Below are positions 1 to 9,852 of a stretch of DNA of 64,000 bases, piece after piece. Origin of the DNA: Terriglobia bacterium (lineage in GTDB: Bacteria; Acidobacteriota; Terriglobia; Acidiferrales; UBA7541); NCBI GenBank assembly GCA_963695545.1, contig OY968796.1:2176001-2240000 (forward strand), in the 5' to 3' direction. Position 1 is the first letter of the stretch. The number at the start of each line of letters is the position of its first letter. Below the pieces are notes generated by a model. The model ran no database searches. It saw only the letters and a program-made list of their open reading frames with translations, and was not told where the DNA came from. The translations under genes and the position numbers were made by a program.

Positions 1-710
<710 letters not shown>

Positions 711-759
711 TCGCGAGCCGGGAGTATCATTCATCATGGCCATGCGGGCCGCGAAGGGC

Positions 760-2127
760 ATGACGACGATGACGCGCATAACAACGATGACGCGCACGAC
801 TTCTCTACTAACTCTCCTGTGCATTGCCGCGTTCGCCTGCGCCGCGGCGCGCGCGCAGCAAGCGCAGACGCCGCCCTTGCCCGACGCTCCCGCCGCGGCG
901 TCCGCGCCGCACGCGCTCACGCTCAAGGAAGCCGTGGCCCTCGCCGTGCGCAATTCCCGCGATTTGCAGCTCGCGCAATTGCAATACACCGTCGCGCAGC
1001 GCGAAGCCGGCAACGGCGCCGCGGCGTTTCTCCCGAATATCTACGTCGGCAGCGGCGCGGCTTTCACGCACGGACTGCCCTTGCTCGCCGGCGGCGGCGT
1101 GCCCGCGATCTTCACGGCGTCTTACGATCAGGCTCTCTTCGATCCGCAACTCCGCAGCCAGGTGCACATCGCGCAGCAGCACGCCGATCAGCAACGCATC
1201 GCGCTCGATGGCGTGCGCGACGCCGTGATGGTCAAGGCCGCCACCGATTATCTCGAGCTCGCCAAAGTGCGCCACGAACTCGACCTGATGCGCGACGAGC
1301 AATCGAGCGCGCAGAAAATTCTCGAGCTGATACGCGATCGCGTGGCCGCCGGCCAAGAGCTGCCCATCGAAAGCGTGCGCGCCGAACTCGGCGTGGCGCG
1401 CGCCGAGCAGCAAATCGCGCAGCTTGAAGATCAGGACCAAACCGTCTCCGCCGATCTTGCCGACCTCACCGGCCTGCCCGATGGCCAGGCGCTCGACGTG
1501 ACCCCGGAAGATTTGCCGCCCGCCGCCGGAGCCAGCGTGGCCGATCTCGTGAATCAAGCCGTGCTCTACAGCCCCGATCTGAAAGTGGCCGAATCGGCGC
1601 GCGCGTCCAGCGAGTTCGAGCTCAAGGGCGCGCGCGGCGCGTATTTGCCCACCATCTCGCTGATCGGCCAGTACAATCTGTTGAGCCGCGCAAATCACTT
1701 CGATCAGTTCTTTAACCGGTTCGAGGCCAATAATTTCCTGGTCGGCGTCGAAGTCGAAATTCCCATCTTCGCCGGCAAAAATTCCCGCGCGGTTCAATTG
1801 GCCAAGGCCGATTTGGCCACCACCACCTTTGCCGTGGACCAGAAGCGCGTCGAACTCTCGCGCGACGTCGAAAAGCAGGCGCGCCAGGAACACGAACTCG
1901 AACTCTCGAGCCGCGTGGCCCAACTCGAATTGCAGCTCGCCGAAGACAATCTCCACAACCTCGAAGCCCAGTACGACCAGGGCCGCGCCCCGCTCAAAGA
2001 TCTCGAAGCCGCGCACATGGACGAATCCCAGAAATGGCTCGCCTTCCTCGACGCCGATTTCGCCCGCCAACAAGCCCAGCTCCAGTTGCTCCAAACCACC
2101 GGCCAGATCTCGACCGCGCTGCAGTAG
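760..2127 (+). CDS. TolC family outer-membrane efflux protein
   Basis: Signal peptide, LTLKEAVALAVRNS, two AxxLPxI repeats and helical heptads; follows the ABC permease. Start codon uncertain (736/742/760). Confidence 0.85.
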   Translation: MTTMTRITTMTRTTSLLTLLCIAAFACAAARAQQAQTPPLPDAPAAASAPHALTLKEAVALAVRNSRDLQLAQLQYTVAQREAGNGAAAFLPNIYVGSGAAFTHGLPLLAGGGVPAIFTASYDQALFDPQLRSQVHIAQQHADQQRIALDGVRDAVMVKAATDYLELAKVRHELDLMRDEQSSAQKILELIRDRVAAGQELPIESVRAELGVARAEQQIAQLEDQDQTVSADLADLTGLPDGQALDVTPEDLPPAAGASVADLVNQAVLYSPDLKVAESARASSEFELKGARGAYLPTISLIGQYNLLSRANHFDQFFNRFEANNFLVGVEVEIPIFAGKNSRAVQLAKADLATTTFAVDQKRVELSRDVEKQARQEHELELSSRVAQLELQLAEDNLHNLEAQYDQGRAPLKDLEAAHMDESQKWLAFLDADFARQQAQLQLLQTTGQISTALQ

Positions 2128-2169
2128 ACGCCGCGCCGGCGCCTTTTTTCGCGCCCCTTTTGCCCGCTG

Positions 2170-2206
2170 GTCATCCCGAGTGAGCAGAGCGACGAGGGGG
2201 CTCTCC
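2170..2206 (+). repeat. GTCATCCCGA-type REP-like element
   Basis: GTCATCCCGAGTGAGCAGAGCGACGAGGGGGCTCTC; related copy on the minus strand at 44415-44466 and degenerate pieces near 6945-6985 and 42545-42565. Confidence 0.55.
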
Positions 2207-2529
2207 GTCGCCGCAAGGCACCCTGCGCTCCTTCGGATCGCAATCGCCGCTAACGCCCCGCATCTCGCGCCACTTGCCCTCTCGCGACGTCTCGAGGGAC
2301 CTGTCTCTGCCCTTCCGCTTTGGGCGCCACACGCACCCCTGGCTGTGAACCTTGGCCGTCCGCAGCACGCGCCGAACCGGGGACCGCACGACGACGCGCC
2401 AACGTCTGCATCACACCCCGCCACCCAGGGGGCGGTGTACAATTTCTGCTTACGCCGCCACGTCTCAAAGATTTCCGATCGCGGGTTACGGCCATGATCA
2501 GGAAGCGGTAGGAACAAGAAGGGACGCCG

Positions 2530-3195
2530 TTGTCTGCGGCGCGAAAGGAGGCTCTCTTGCACGAGCCACCCGAGTCCGGTACGCTGGACTTCTGTATTGC
2601 CTTCGCTCCGATTTCATTGCAGGCCCGGTCCTCCCGAAAAAGAGTCGCGACAGCTGAATTTCAAAAAAATTTGCCATCAACGGAGTTTTTGCTTAGTGGC
2701 GACGTCAGCCTTGAGATCGAATGGCTCATCCACGAGGAGACTCGCTACGAATCCGACGCTGCCCCCGACGTCGACAATCTCCTGAAGCCGCTGATGGACG
2801 CGCTTTGCGGTCCGACTGGCATCTTGATTGACGATAACCAAGTCCAATCGATCATGTGTTCTTGGATCGACTGGACCCGCACGGACGAGCTATTGAGCGT
2901 GCGAATTCGATTTACGCCGGGCGACTTCGTTCGGAAGGATGGCTTAATGTTCGTAGCAATGACAAACTCCCTCTGCATGCCGATCAACAGAAATCTGCCG
3001 GCGGAGGCTCTGCGCGAACTTCTATACGATTTTAAGTTGCAGTTCGACACGCGACGCAAATGGCGGGAACGAGGCTACGACTACCACACGGCAAATTCTT
3101 TCATGTCCCTTCAGCGGGTCTTCCATCGATCCCGTGTCACCCGATTCGACGTTACTACCTTCGACGCCCTCCTGGCCCAAATTGATCAACCCTAG
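2530..3195 (+). CDS. RusA-family endodeoxyribonuclease with C-terminal extension
   Basis: RusA catalytic motif PDVDNLLKPLMDAL...LIDDNQV, plus ~95 extra C-terminal residues. Confidence 0.8.
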   Translation: MSAARKEALLHEPPESGTLDFCIAFAPISLQARSSRKRVATAEFQKNLPSTEFLLSGDVSLEIEWLIHEETRYESDAAPDVDNLLKPLMDALCGPTGILIDDNQVQSIMCSWIDWTRTDELLSVRIRFTPGDFVRKDGLMFVAMTNSLCMPINRNLPAEALRELLYDFKLQFDTRRKWRERGYDYHTANSFMSLQRVFHRSRVTRFDVTTFDALLAQIDQP

Positions 3196-3401
3196 GCGAT
3201 TAGCGACGGGTCCAAGTATCTCCGAGACGGCTGGACGTACACATTTCCCCGATGCTCCGATTCCCGAGGCCACACGCGCACCCAATAACACGAGTTTGAC
3301 CGGCGCGGAGAAACTAGCGCGTCAGTCGGGCCGCGAATTGCGCAACAGAACGGGGCGGGCTCGTGGGGGCGGCGCACGACCCGCAAAAATGACAGCGCCG
3401 C

Positions 3402-4829
3402 CTACGCAACGTCGTGGTAGTAGTTAGCGAAGCTTTCCCGAAGCATTACGAAGTTCGTATGAAGTCGCACCACACTTTGAGTCAATCTTTCTCGCAAGCG
3501 CAAGTAACCGTCCGGGTCTTGATCGAGATCATATTCCATCCCGTTAGTGAATATCCGCTCTAGCAGTGTAGCAGCCTCCAAAGGGTTGTTAGTGATCATT
3601 GATCCGACGGGGATACCGGATTCCATCTGAACCAAACGACTGAGCGGGTGGATGTCCCGGAAAAACTTCATCCTCTGCTCGCCCTTCGCTGTGGCAGGGC
3701 ACAGGATAATAACTGGCTTGCCCAGGCTCAACGCCATCGATACTTCCGCATCCTTGCCAAAGCTGTCTGATTCACCTGCGAAATATATTAGCGCCTTGGC
3801 GCATTTCACCATCAAGCACTCAATCAGTCCCTTATCCTCATGACCGTCAGCCGCGCTGATCGTCGGATCGAAGTAGCGAAGCCGAAGCCTTTGAAGAACA
3901 CTTTGCTTAAAAATTATCGCACTGTCACGACTCATTTCCCTAAAATCGGCTCTCCTACGCATGCTAGTCGCCACGTATACGTCGAGCTCGTTCACGATCG
4001 ACAGGTAGAGCCGGGTGTTCGAGATTGCGAGCGCTCTCGCCCTGACAAATCGCTTTGCAACCACCTGGACCTTCTCTCGAATATCCTGCTCCGACGACAC
4101 GGTATCCTCGGCGAATTCTTCGGTCGTGAACTGCAACATCATCTGCGTTTGGGGATCATCCTTGGCGATTTGACTCTTGTCGTCAAACAAGTCTTTAATA
4201 ACCATTCGGCCCCCGCCCCTGGACCGATAAGCGTTGAGGAGCGTCGTCTCAATGAAAAGCGGCGTTCCCGGTTCCATGGGCGAGTACGCCTTACAGGCCA
4301 CCTCCGCAATAAGGTAGCGGTCATCAGCGGGGATCGAATGGAAGGGCAGGACTGCTCCCCTCGACGCCATTGCATTTGAGTCGAAACGTTTGGCATCGAA
4401 GAATGCTGAAAGATCCTCGAAAGTCTTGCCGTGCAATTCTTCATAGGCGCGGGTCACGCTCCGAAAATAAAGCAACGAATCAACAAAAACGCGGCGCAAG
4501 CCCCATTCAAGCTGGTTCAGCGACCGAATCCCCGCAGGCACTCCCTCGAAGGGAGTCGGAAGCAGAAGACGCACCGCATATCCCAGCCCTTCCGGCAGCG
4601 TCAAAAAATAGAAATTAAAGAATCGTTCCGACATCCCCGCCTTTCCCGCCATATGTAGCAACTGATTCAGGTGCGTGCATGTAACCGGCTCCCTATCCAT
4701 GCGGCAAAGACGCTCAACCAATAGGACGCCATCCCCAGATCCAAGAAACTCGGCGCAGGGCGCGAACAAGCGCGGGAAATAGCTCGCCAGAATTTTAAGC
4801 AAACCATCGCGCATCGAGTCCCACCCCAC
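3402..4829 (-). CDS. Hypothetical protein with C-terminal nucleoside 2-deoxyribosyltransferase-like domain
   Basis: 475-aa ORF; C-terminal DVYVATSMR...AKALIYFAGESDSFGKDAEVSMALSLGKPVIIL resembles the NDT pattern S/D-x-G-x3-E-x3-A-x3-GKPV. Confidence 0.65.
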   Translation of the reverse strand: MGWDSMRDGLLKILASYFPRLFAPCAEFLGSGDGVLLVERLCRMDREPVTCTHLNQLLHMAGKAGMSERFFNFYFLTLPEGLGYAVRLLLPTPFEGVPAGIRSLNQLEWGLRRVFVDSLLYFRSVTRAYEELHGKTFEDLSAFFDAKRFDSNAMASRGAVLPFHSIPADDRYLIAEVACKAYSPMEPGTPLFIETTLLNAYRSRGGGRMVIKDLFDDKSQIAKDDPQTQMMLQFTTEEFAEDTVSSEQDIREKVQVVAKRFVRARALAISNTRLYLSIVNELDVYVATSMRRRADFREMSRDSAIIFKQSVLQRLRLRYFDPTISAADGHEDKGLIECLMVKCAKALIYFAGESDSFGKDAEVSMALSLGKPVIILCPATAKGEQRMKFFRDIHPLSRLVQMESGIPVGSMITNNPLEAATLLERIFTNGMEYDLDQDPDGYLRLRERLTQSVVRLHTNFVMLRESFANYYHDVA

Positions 4830-4875
4830 CAGCGGTCGGCGCGCCGCACTCTCGCGCTTTCGCTTTCCTCAATCC

Positions 4876-5790
4876 TCAGAATAGAGTCCGCTGGTAATCT
4901 CTTGGCAGCGCCCTAACGGCCTTGTGATGCGCCCTCACCATAAGAGCCGGCGCTTCTTCGTGATCAGACGTGTGGATCATGTAATACATAACTTTATTAC
5001 CTTCGTCCCGGTCATAAATCGGGTATGCGGCAACGTATCGGTAGCCCAACTCCGTCTGGAATCTGTTCCGAACCAGCTCGGCTATGTCATGAGAGCTCAT
5101 TGCTATTAATTTCTGCCAGTCGGGCCGCCCCCACCATTTCACTACTTTTGCGGCCCTGCGGATGCCGGAAAATGCTCGATGAATCCATCCGACCCCGAGA
5201 AAGTACAAGATTTCAATCTTGTTCTGATCCGATTTTTTGTAAGCCGCCAGTTTCCTCACCGTAGACCAGTGGCACTCAAACATTCGTTGATCCAGCAGGC
5301 AGAATGTTGCTTCCTTTTGCGTGATTTTTCCCGACGCGAGGATTCGACCCACCTTTTCGTTAAAATCGCCGTGCACTATCTCGATGGTGCGAGAAATCTT
5401 GCGCCCCTTCTTGTCTCGTGCGCCCTTTTCCGACCCCGCGAGCTCTTTTAGCGCCCTCGCGCCACGACGCTTTATTTCGCACAAGAAAAAGTGACGCAAC
5501 CACCTGGGCTCGCTCTTCAGAACAAGAGCGACCGACCACGCGTCCAAATTTCCGTACGATTGCGGACCGGCGAACCCGTCAATGTACGCCCCATGCTTTG
5601 TCACCTGTACGAAGTAAGCGAGGTACTGCCTGATGAACTGAGCCTTATTCTCCGTCCACACCGGTCGCTCGATCCGCTTGTATCGGCGAATCCTGCGCCC
5701 CTTGCCCAGCTCCAAGTCGGGGAATAATGGAGCAGTCTCTATGTCGCGAGGCGTATTGCGCCTGCGGGAATGAACGCCGTCGTGTCCCAT
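4876..5790 (-). CDS. tcmP: Three-Cys-motif partner protein (TcmP-like, methyltransferase-like fold)
   Basis: WTENKAQFIRQYL...YIDGFAGP and FCLLDQ motifs; overlaps the end of the DUF5131 gene, its usual partner. Confidence 0.8.
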   Translation of the reverse strand: MGHDGVHSRRRNTPRDIETAPLFPDLELGKGRRIRRYKRIERPVWTENKAQFIRQYLAYFVQVTKHGAYIDGFAGPQSYGNLDAWSVALVLKSEPRWLRHFFLCEIKRRGARALKELAGSEKGARDKKGRKISRTIEIVHGDFNEKVGRILASGKITQKEATFCLLDQRMFECHWSTVRKLAAYKKSDQNKIEILYFLGVGWIHRAFSGIRRAAKVVKWWGRPDWQKLIAMSSHDIAELVRNRFQTELGYRYVAAYPIYDRDEGNKVMYYMIHTSDHEEAPALMVRAHHKAVRALPRDYQRTLF

Positions 5791-6590
5791 TCGCTCTCCT
5801 TAAACTGAGCAATCAAATCGGCCGCAATCTGGTGGCGTTGGGCTCGATCCGGGATGGGAATTCTGGTCGCCATCGGAAATTCATCGTACGTTCTGCCGCG
5901 CAGTTGCCGCCCGTTCAGCTTCTTGCGCACGCCACCCCATTGCTTGAAGAAGAACGGAACGTTCGCGCCCCTGCATTGTAGGAGCAGAGACTCAACCCAT
6001 GCCTCACTCATCGGCCTTGCACCGGCGCCGCTTTCCCCGCCTACGATCACCCAATCAATACCCGCCAAGTCGACCCTCCCGATGTCCTCCAAGAGAGGCT
6101 CAATCGAGAGAAATTTCACCGAGGCCGAAGTGCCGCGAAGATGCTCTATTCGAGGCTTACCGTGTCGCACATCCTCGACGCTCACGCCCCACCAAATGTG
6201 GGCAGCTTTGGCGGCGTAAAGCAATCCGCCACGCAGCATCTGTTGCAGACGCTCGGAGCGCTTAGTCAAGACCTGATAAATGTGCCAGTCGGCCGCCATC
6301 ATCACCGCAACGATACGAGCGATGAATTCATCCGGCACGTCAGGATGAAATAGGTCGCTCATAGAATTTACGAAGACCGTGCTCGGCGCTGACCAAAAAA
6401 GAGGCTCTGTAAGTTTCTCCGGAATAAGGCGCAGGTCAAAGCCTTCCTCATATGGATGACCCTTCACGCCCCTGAAGCGCTCGGCGAAGGTCTCTGCGTA
6501 GCAATGCTTGCACCCCGGACTTACTTTGGTGCAACCACGGACCGGATTCCAGGTTGTGTCCGTCCATTCGATTTTGCTCTTGGTTGCCAT
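5739..6590 (-). CDS. DUF5131 (phage Gp37/Gp68-like) three-Cys, radical-SAM-like protein
   Basis: SKIEWTDTTWNPVRGCTKVSPGCKHCYAE, FVNSMSDLFH, QVLTKR, FLSIEPLL, WVIVGGESG, FFFKQWGG. Confidence 0.92.
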   Translation of the reverse strand: MATKSKIEWTDTTWNPVRGCTKVSPGCKHCYAETFAERFRGVKGHPYEEGFDLRLIPEKLTEPLFWSAPSTVFVNSMSDLFHPDVPDEFIARIVAVMMAADWHIYQVLTKRSERLQQMLRGGLLYAAKAAHIWWGVSVEDVRHGKPRIEHLRGTSASVKFLSIEPLLEDIGRVDLAGIDWVIVGGESGAGARPMSEAWVESLLLQCRGANVPFFFKQWGGVRKKLNGRQLRGRTYDEFPMATRIPIPDRAQRHQIAADLIAQFKESEWDTTAFIPAGAIRLAT

Positions 6591-6756
6591 GTGCACCTCG
6601 GGTTCCCTAAACTGTGCGCGTATTGTAGGGCATTCACGTTTGACTCGACTAGTGGGTTCGTTCACCTATTCGCGCACTGTTCGAAAGCATGCCTTCGCAC
6701 CGCCACCTACGAGCGCAGAACCAGAATGTTTCTGACCAACCGATCACCCGAGCAAG

Positions 6757-6816
6757 AGTATTCGAATACTAACTCATAGATACCTGTTGACCTAGCGTTA
6801 TTAAGCGTGTTATGCT
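6757..6816 (+). promoter_or_regulatory. Palindrome AGTATTCGAATACT and sigma70-like promoter TTGACC-N18-TATGCT
   Basis: Perfect 14-bp palindrome at 6757-6770; -35 at 6787-6792; -10 at 6811-6816; the same layout occurs in copy B. Confidence 0.6.
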
Positions 6817-7290
6817 AGTTTATGAGCCTCGAACAATTCCCCGCGACCGCTCGCCCGCGCAAGAGTCTCGCCACCCGACGGGTCGTTTCGTCCGAGAGCA
6901 ATTCACATTTATTCTCAGAAAGCGAGCATCGGACTAGCGATGCGAGTCCTGAGCGAGCGCGACGTGGCGCGAGTCGAAGGACCCCTCCGCGAATTGAACG
7001 TTCTGCAAAGGACGCGAATCCTGATGCCGCCCTTCAGACAGTGCGAACCAACGGCATAAGGTCGGAACGAACCTCTCTCGAAGAGTCACAACTACCCTTC
7101 AAAATCGCGCCCGCAAATCTCGTACTTTCAGCGGCTTCCGCACCGCTCCAAAAGAGTGCGCAACTCGTTGAAAATAAACATTTGCAAGTCTTTTTTTCTC
7201 AGTCAATTACGCACTCTTTGTCACTCTTTTCCTGGAAGTCCTTTGTTTGCCACTCTTACGCAAAACATACCCGGGGGGTGGGGGGGTACC
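6757..7290 (+). repeat. Composite dispersed element, copy A (operator, promoter, REP mosaic, 129-bp conserved array)
   Basis: 6759-6794 matches the reverse complement of 42619-42654 at 32/36; 7149-7277 matches the reverse complement of 42235-42363 at 114/129 without gaps (manual alignment). Confidence 0.85.
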
Positions 7291-7536
7291 CATTTGATTT
7301 AGCGCCTCGCGCGCGCCCCGAGACAATGTGTCACTTATCGGTGACACGTCGATCAGGAATGGGCGAGCCGGAGGAGATGAAGGGGCGTCAGCGGCGATTG
7401 GGGATGGGGTGACGAGAATAGAACGTTCGGCGGAGGGGCGTTGGCGCGCGCTTTCAGACAGGCCACTAAATCGCGTAGAATGGAGTCTTACTAAGCGTGC
7501 GAAGCTGGCCGGAGCGCCGGACTGTGGGGGAGCGAA

Positions 7537-9030
7537 ATGCCGGAGTGGAAGAAAACATTATTCCTGAATCCGCCGAGCTACGAGGGATTTGATGGCGGCG
7601 CGGGTTCGCGCTATCAGGCGCGGCGCGAAGTGAAATCGTATTGGTATCCGACGTGGCTGGCGCAGCCTGCGGCGATGGTGCCGGGCAGCAAACTGGTGGA
7701 TGCGCCGCCGGACAATCTTTCGGTCGAGCAAGTGGCTCCGATGGCGCGGGATTACGAGCTGGCGATCCTGCACACCAGCACGCCTTCGTTTAAGAATGAC
7801 GCGATGTTTGCCACGCGGCTGAAGGAAGAAAATCCCAGGATTCAGATCGGGATGGTCGGAGCGCACGTGGGCGTGATGCCCATGCAATCATTGAACGGCG
7901 CGCCGGCGGTGGATTGGGTGGGCGTGGGGGAATTCGAGTACGCGTGCCAGGAAATCGCGGCGGGGAAGCCGCTGGCGCAAGTGCAGGGCATCGCGTATCG
8001 CGAAAATGGACGCGTGCAGTTCACTTTGCCGCGGCCGACGCTGGAGGATTTTGACGCGCTGCCGTTCGTGGTGGACGTTTATAAGCGCGATTTGACGATC
8101 GAGCACTATTACAACGGATACTTGAAGCATCCCTACGTTTCGCTCTACACCGGGCGGGGCTGCCGGTCGAAGTGCACGTTCTGTTTGTGGCCGCAGACGC
8201 TGGGTGGTCATCGCTATCGCACGCGCAGCGTGGAGAGCGTCGACGCCGAGATGACGCTGGCCAAGAAATATTTCCCGCAAGTGAAGGAATTTTTCTTTGA
8301 CGACGACACGCTGACCGACGATTTGCCGCGCACCGAACAGATTGCCACGCGCATGTCGCGCATCGGGCTTCAGTGGTCGTGCAACGCCAAGCCCAACGTG
8401 CCGCGGCGCACGCTGGAGATCATGAAGGACAACGGGCTGCGCTTGCTGCTCGTCGGATTCGAGTCCGGCAATCAGGAAATTCTGAACAACATGAAGAAGG
8501 GCACGCGTCTGGATATCGCGCGCAAGTTCGCGAAGGATTGCAAGGAGCTCGGCATCCTGATCCACGGCACGTTCATTCTGGGCATGCCGGGCGAAACGCC
8601 GGAAACCATTCGCCGCACCGTGGAATTTGCGTGCGAAGTCGATCCCGAGACGATTCAGGTTTCGCTCGCCGCGCCGTATCCCGGCACGGAGCTTTATCGC
8701 CAGGCGCACGAGAACGGATGGCTGCAGATTCAGACCGACGATTTGGTGGATACGCACGGCGTGCAGATCGCCGCGCTCAACTATCCCGGCCTGACTTCGA
8801 CGTTCCTGTTCCATTCGGTCGAGAAATTTTATAAACAATTTTATTTCCGCCCGCGCAAAATGTTTTCGCTGGCCGGCGGCATGCTCCGCGATGGGGAAGT
8901 GATGCGCCGCCGCCTCCGCGAGGGCGTGGAATTCTTCAGCTTCCTGTACGCGCATAAGAACGCGCCGTCCTCGGTCGACGTCGCGCCGTCGCTCGCCGGC
9001 GAAACGCCGTCCTCCGGCGCCGGAAGCTGA
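7537..9030 (+). CDS. hpnJ: Hopanoid biosynthesis-associated radical SAM protein
   Basis: KTLFLNPPSYEGFDGGAGSRYQARREVKSYWYPTWLAQ N-terminus; CRSKCTFC motif; hpnI-like gene nearby. Confidence 0.9.
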   Translation: MPEWKKTLFLNPPSYEGFDGGAGSRYQARREVKSYWYPTWLAQPAAMVPGSKLVDAPPDNLSVEQVAPMARDYELAILHTSTPSFKNDAMFATRLKEENPRIQIGMVGAHVGVMPMQSLNGAPAVDWVGVGEFEYACQEIAAGKPLAQVQGIAYRENGRVQFTLPRPTLEDFDALPFVVDVYKRDLTIEHYYNGYLKHPYVSLYTGRGCRSKCTFCLWPQTLGGHRYRTRSVESVDAEMTLAKKYFPQVKEFFFDDDTLTDDLPRTEQIATRMSRIGLQWSCNAKPNVPRRTLEIMKDNGLRLLLVGFESGNQEILNNMKKGTRLDIARKFAKDCKELGILIHGTFILGMPGETPETIRRTVEFACEVDPETIQVSLAAPYPGTELYRQAHENGWLQIQTDDLVDTHGVQIAALNYPGLTSTFLFHSVEKFYKQFYFRPRKMFSLAGGMLRDGEVMRRRLREGVEFFSFLYAHKNAPSSVDVAPSLAGETPSSGAGS

Positions 9031-9350
9031 CCGCGCGCTTGCCGTCGCCCGCGCGTGTCGGGTCTGCGTCGCGGCTTTCGCCGCGTGTCGCGTCGCCGTT
9101 TTCGTCGCGGAAGCGCCGCCGATCAGGTCCCGTCGTCGCCATGAGATTTGTCGCCGCGCCCGGCCGCCGTCGCGTTTTTCTTCGCGGGTTTCGTTGCGGG
9201 TCGCGTTTCCGCTGCGTGCTTCGTCGCGGCAGCGCACCGCCGATCGCGCCGGCCGCGTCGGGCCGCCGTCGTGAGTTTCGTCGCCGCGCCGCGGCCGACC
9301 GCAACGAGCGCGGCATGAGGTAAACTTCGACCGGGCACTGTGCCCATCCC

Positions 9351-9851
9351 ATGCGCTCCGATCGAAGCCTAAGAAGCAAAACCTACATTCTGCTTGCCCT
9401 GATGGTCGTGTTCGGGTCGGTCGGCAACACCGTCCTCGATAAAGGAATGAAGGCCCTCGGCGCCGTCAGTCTCTCGTCCCTCGCTGCAATTCGCGCCGGA
9501 TTTTTCGCCACGATTTCGAGTCCGATCGTTTGGCTCGGCATCGCCTGCATGATCGTCTTCTTCGTCTGCCACATGTTGGCGCTCTCCGGCGCCGACTACA
9601 GTTTCGTGATGCCGTTCTCCGCGCTCACCTACGCGCTCGTGCCGCTGCTCGGATTTCTATTCCTGGGCGAGCACGTGCCCGCGCTGCGCTGGGTGGGAAT
9701 CGTGCTGATCTTCTTCGGCGTGGTGCTCGTCAATCGCACCCCGCCGCGGACCACCGAAACTGTGCGCTCCGCGGAGACCTCGAACGCGATCCGCGCTGCG
9801 CAGTCCGGCGAGGCAATGCGCTCCGCACCTTCCGGCGAGGCCTCGCGCTGA
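9351..9851 (+). CDS. Small DMT/EamA-family membrane transporter
   Basis: Four hydrophobic segments; ALSGADYSFVMP and FLGEHVPALRWVGIVLI motifs. Confidence 0.8.
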   Translation: MRSDRSLRSKTYILLALMVVFGSVGNTVLDKGMKALGAVSLSSLAAIRAGFFATISSPIVWLGIACMIVFFVCHMLALSGADYSFVMPFSALTYALVPLLGFLFLGEHVPALRWVGIVLIFFGVVLVNRTPPRTTETVRSAETSNAIRAAQSGEAMRSAPSGEASR

Positions 9852-9852
9852 C

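Noticed and set aside
760..800. Short tandem duplications (ACGATGACGCGCA twice here; three 27-bp units at ~9762-9842)
   Set aside because: In-frame slippage in signal-peptide or tail regions with no sign of function
2240..2495. Integron attC site (GCTAAC...GTTAC) before the RusA gene
   Set aside because: The spacing of ~240 bp is too long, there is no internal L-box symmetry and no integron integrase
2530..6590. Prophage remnant
   Set aside because: Despite RusA and Gp37/Gp68-like genes, there are no structural, terminase, integrase or att features
7112..7290. CRISPR array
   Set aside because: Units are degenerate, in mixed orientation and without regular spacers; no cas genes
6822..7412. 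196-aa ORF and its 189-aa counterpart at 42037-42606 sharing QKSAQLxENKH...SYAKHTRG, read as a protein family
   Set aside because: Only 3 of the 15 differences in the shared block are synonymous and several are radical (F/R, W/C, F/H), which points to DNA- or RNA-level constraint. Not fully excluded, since both ORFs are open and in frame from an ATG 5 nt after the -10 box
9031..9350. Possible small basic gene or hpnK remnant between hpnJ and the DMT gene
   Set aside because: Low-complexity GC-rich sequence with no convincing start, RBS or motif in any frame
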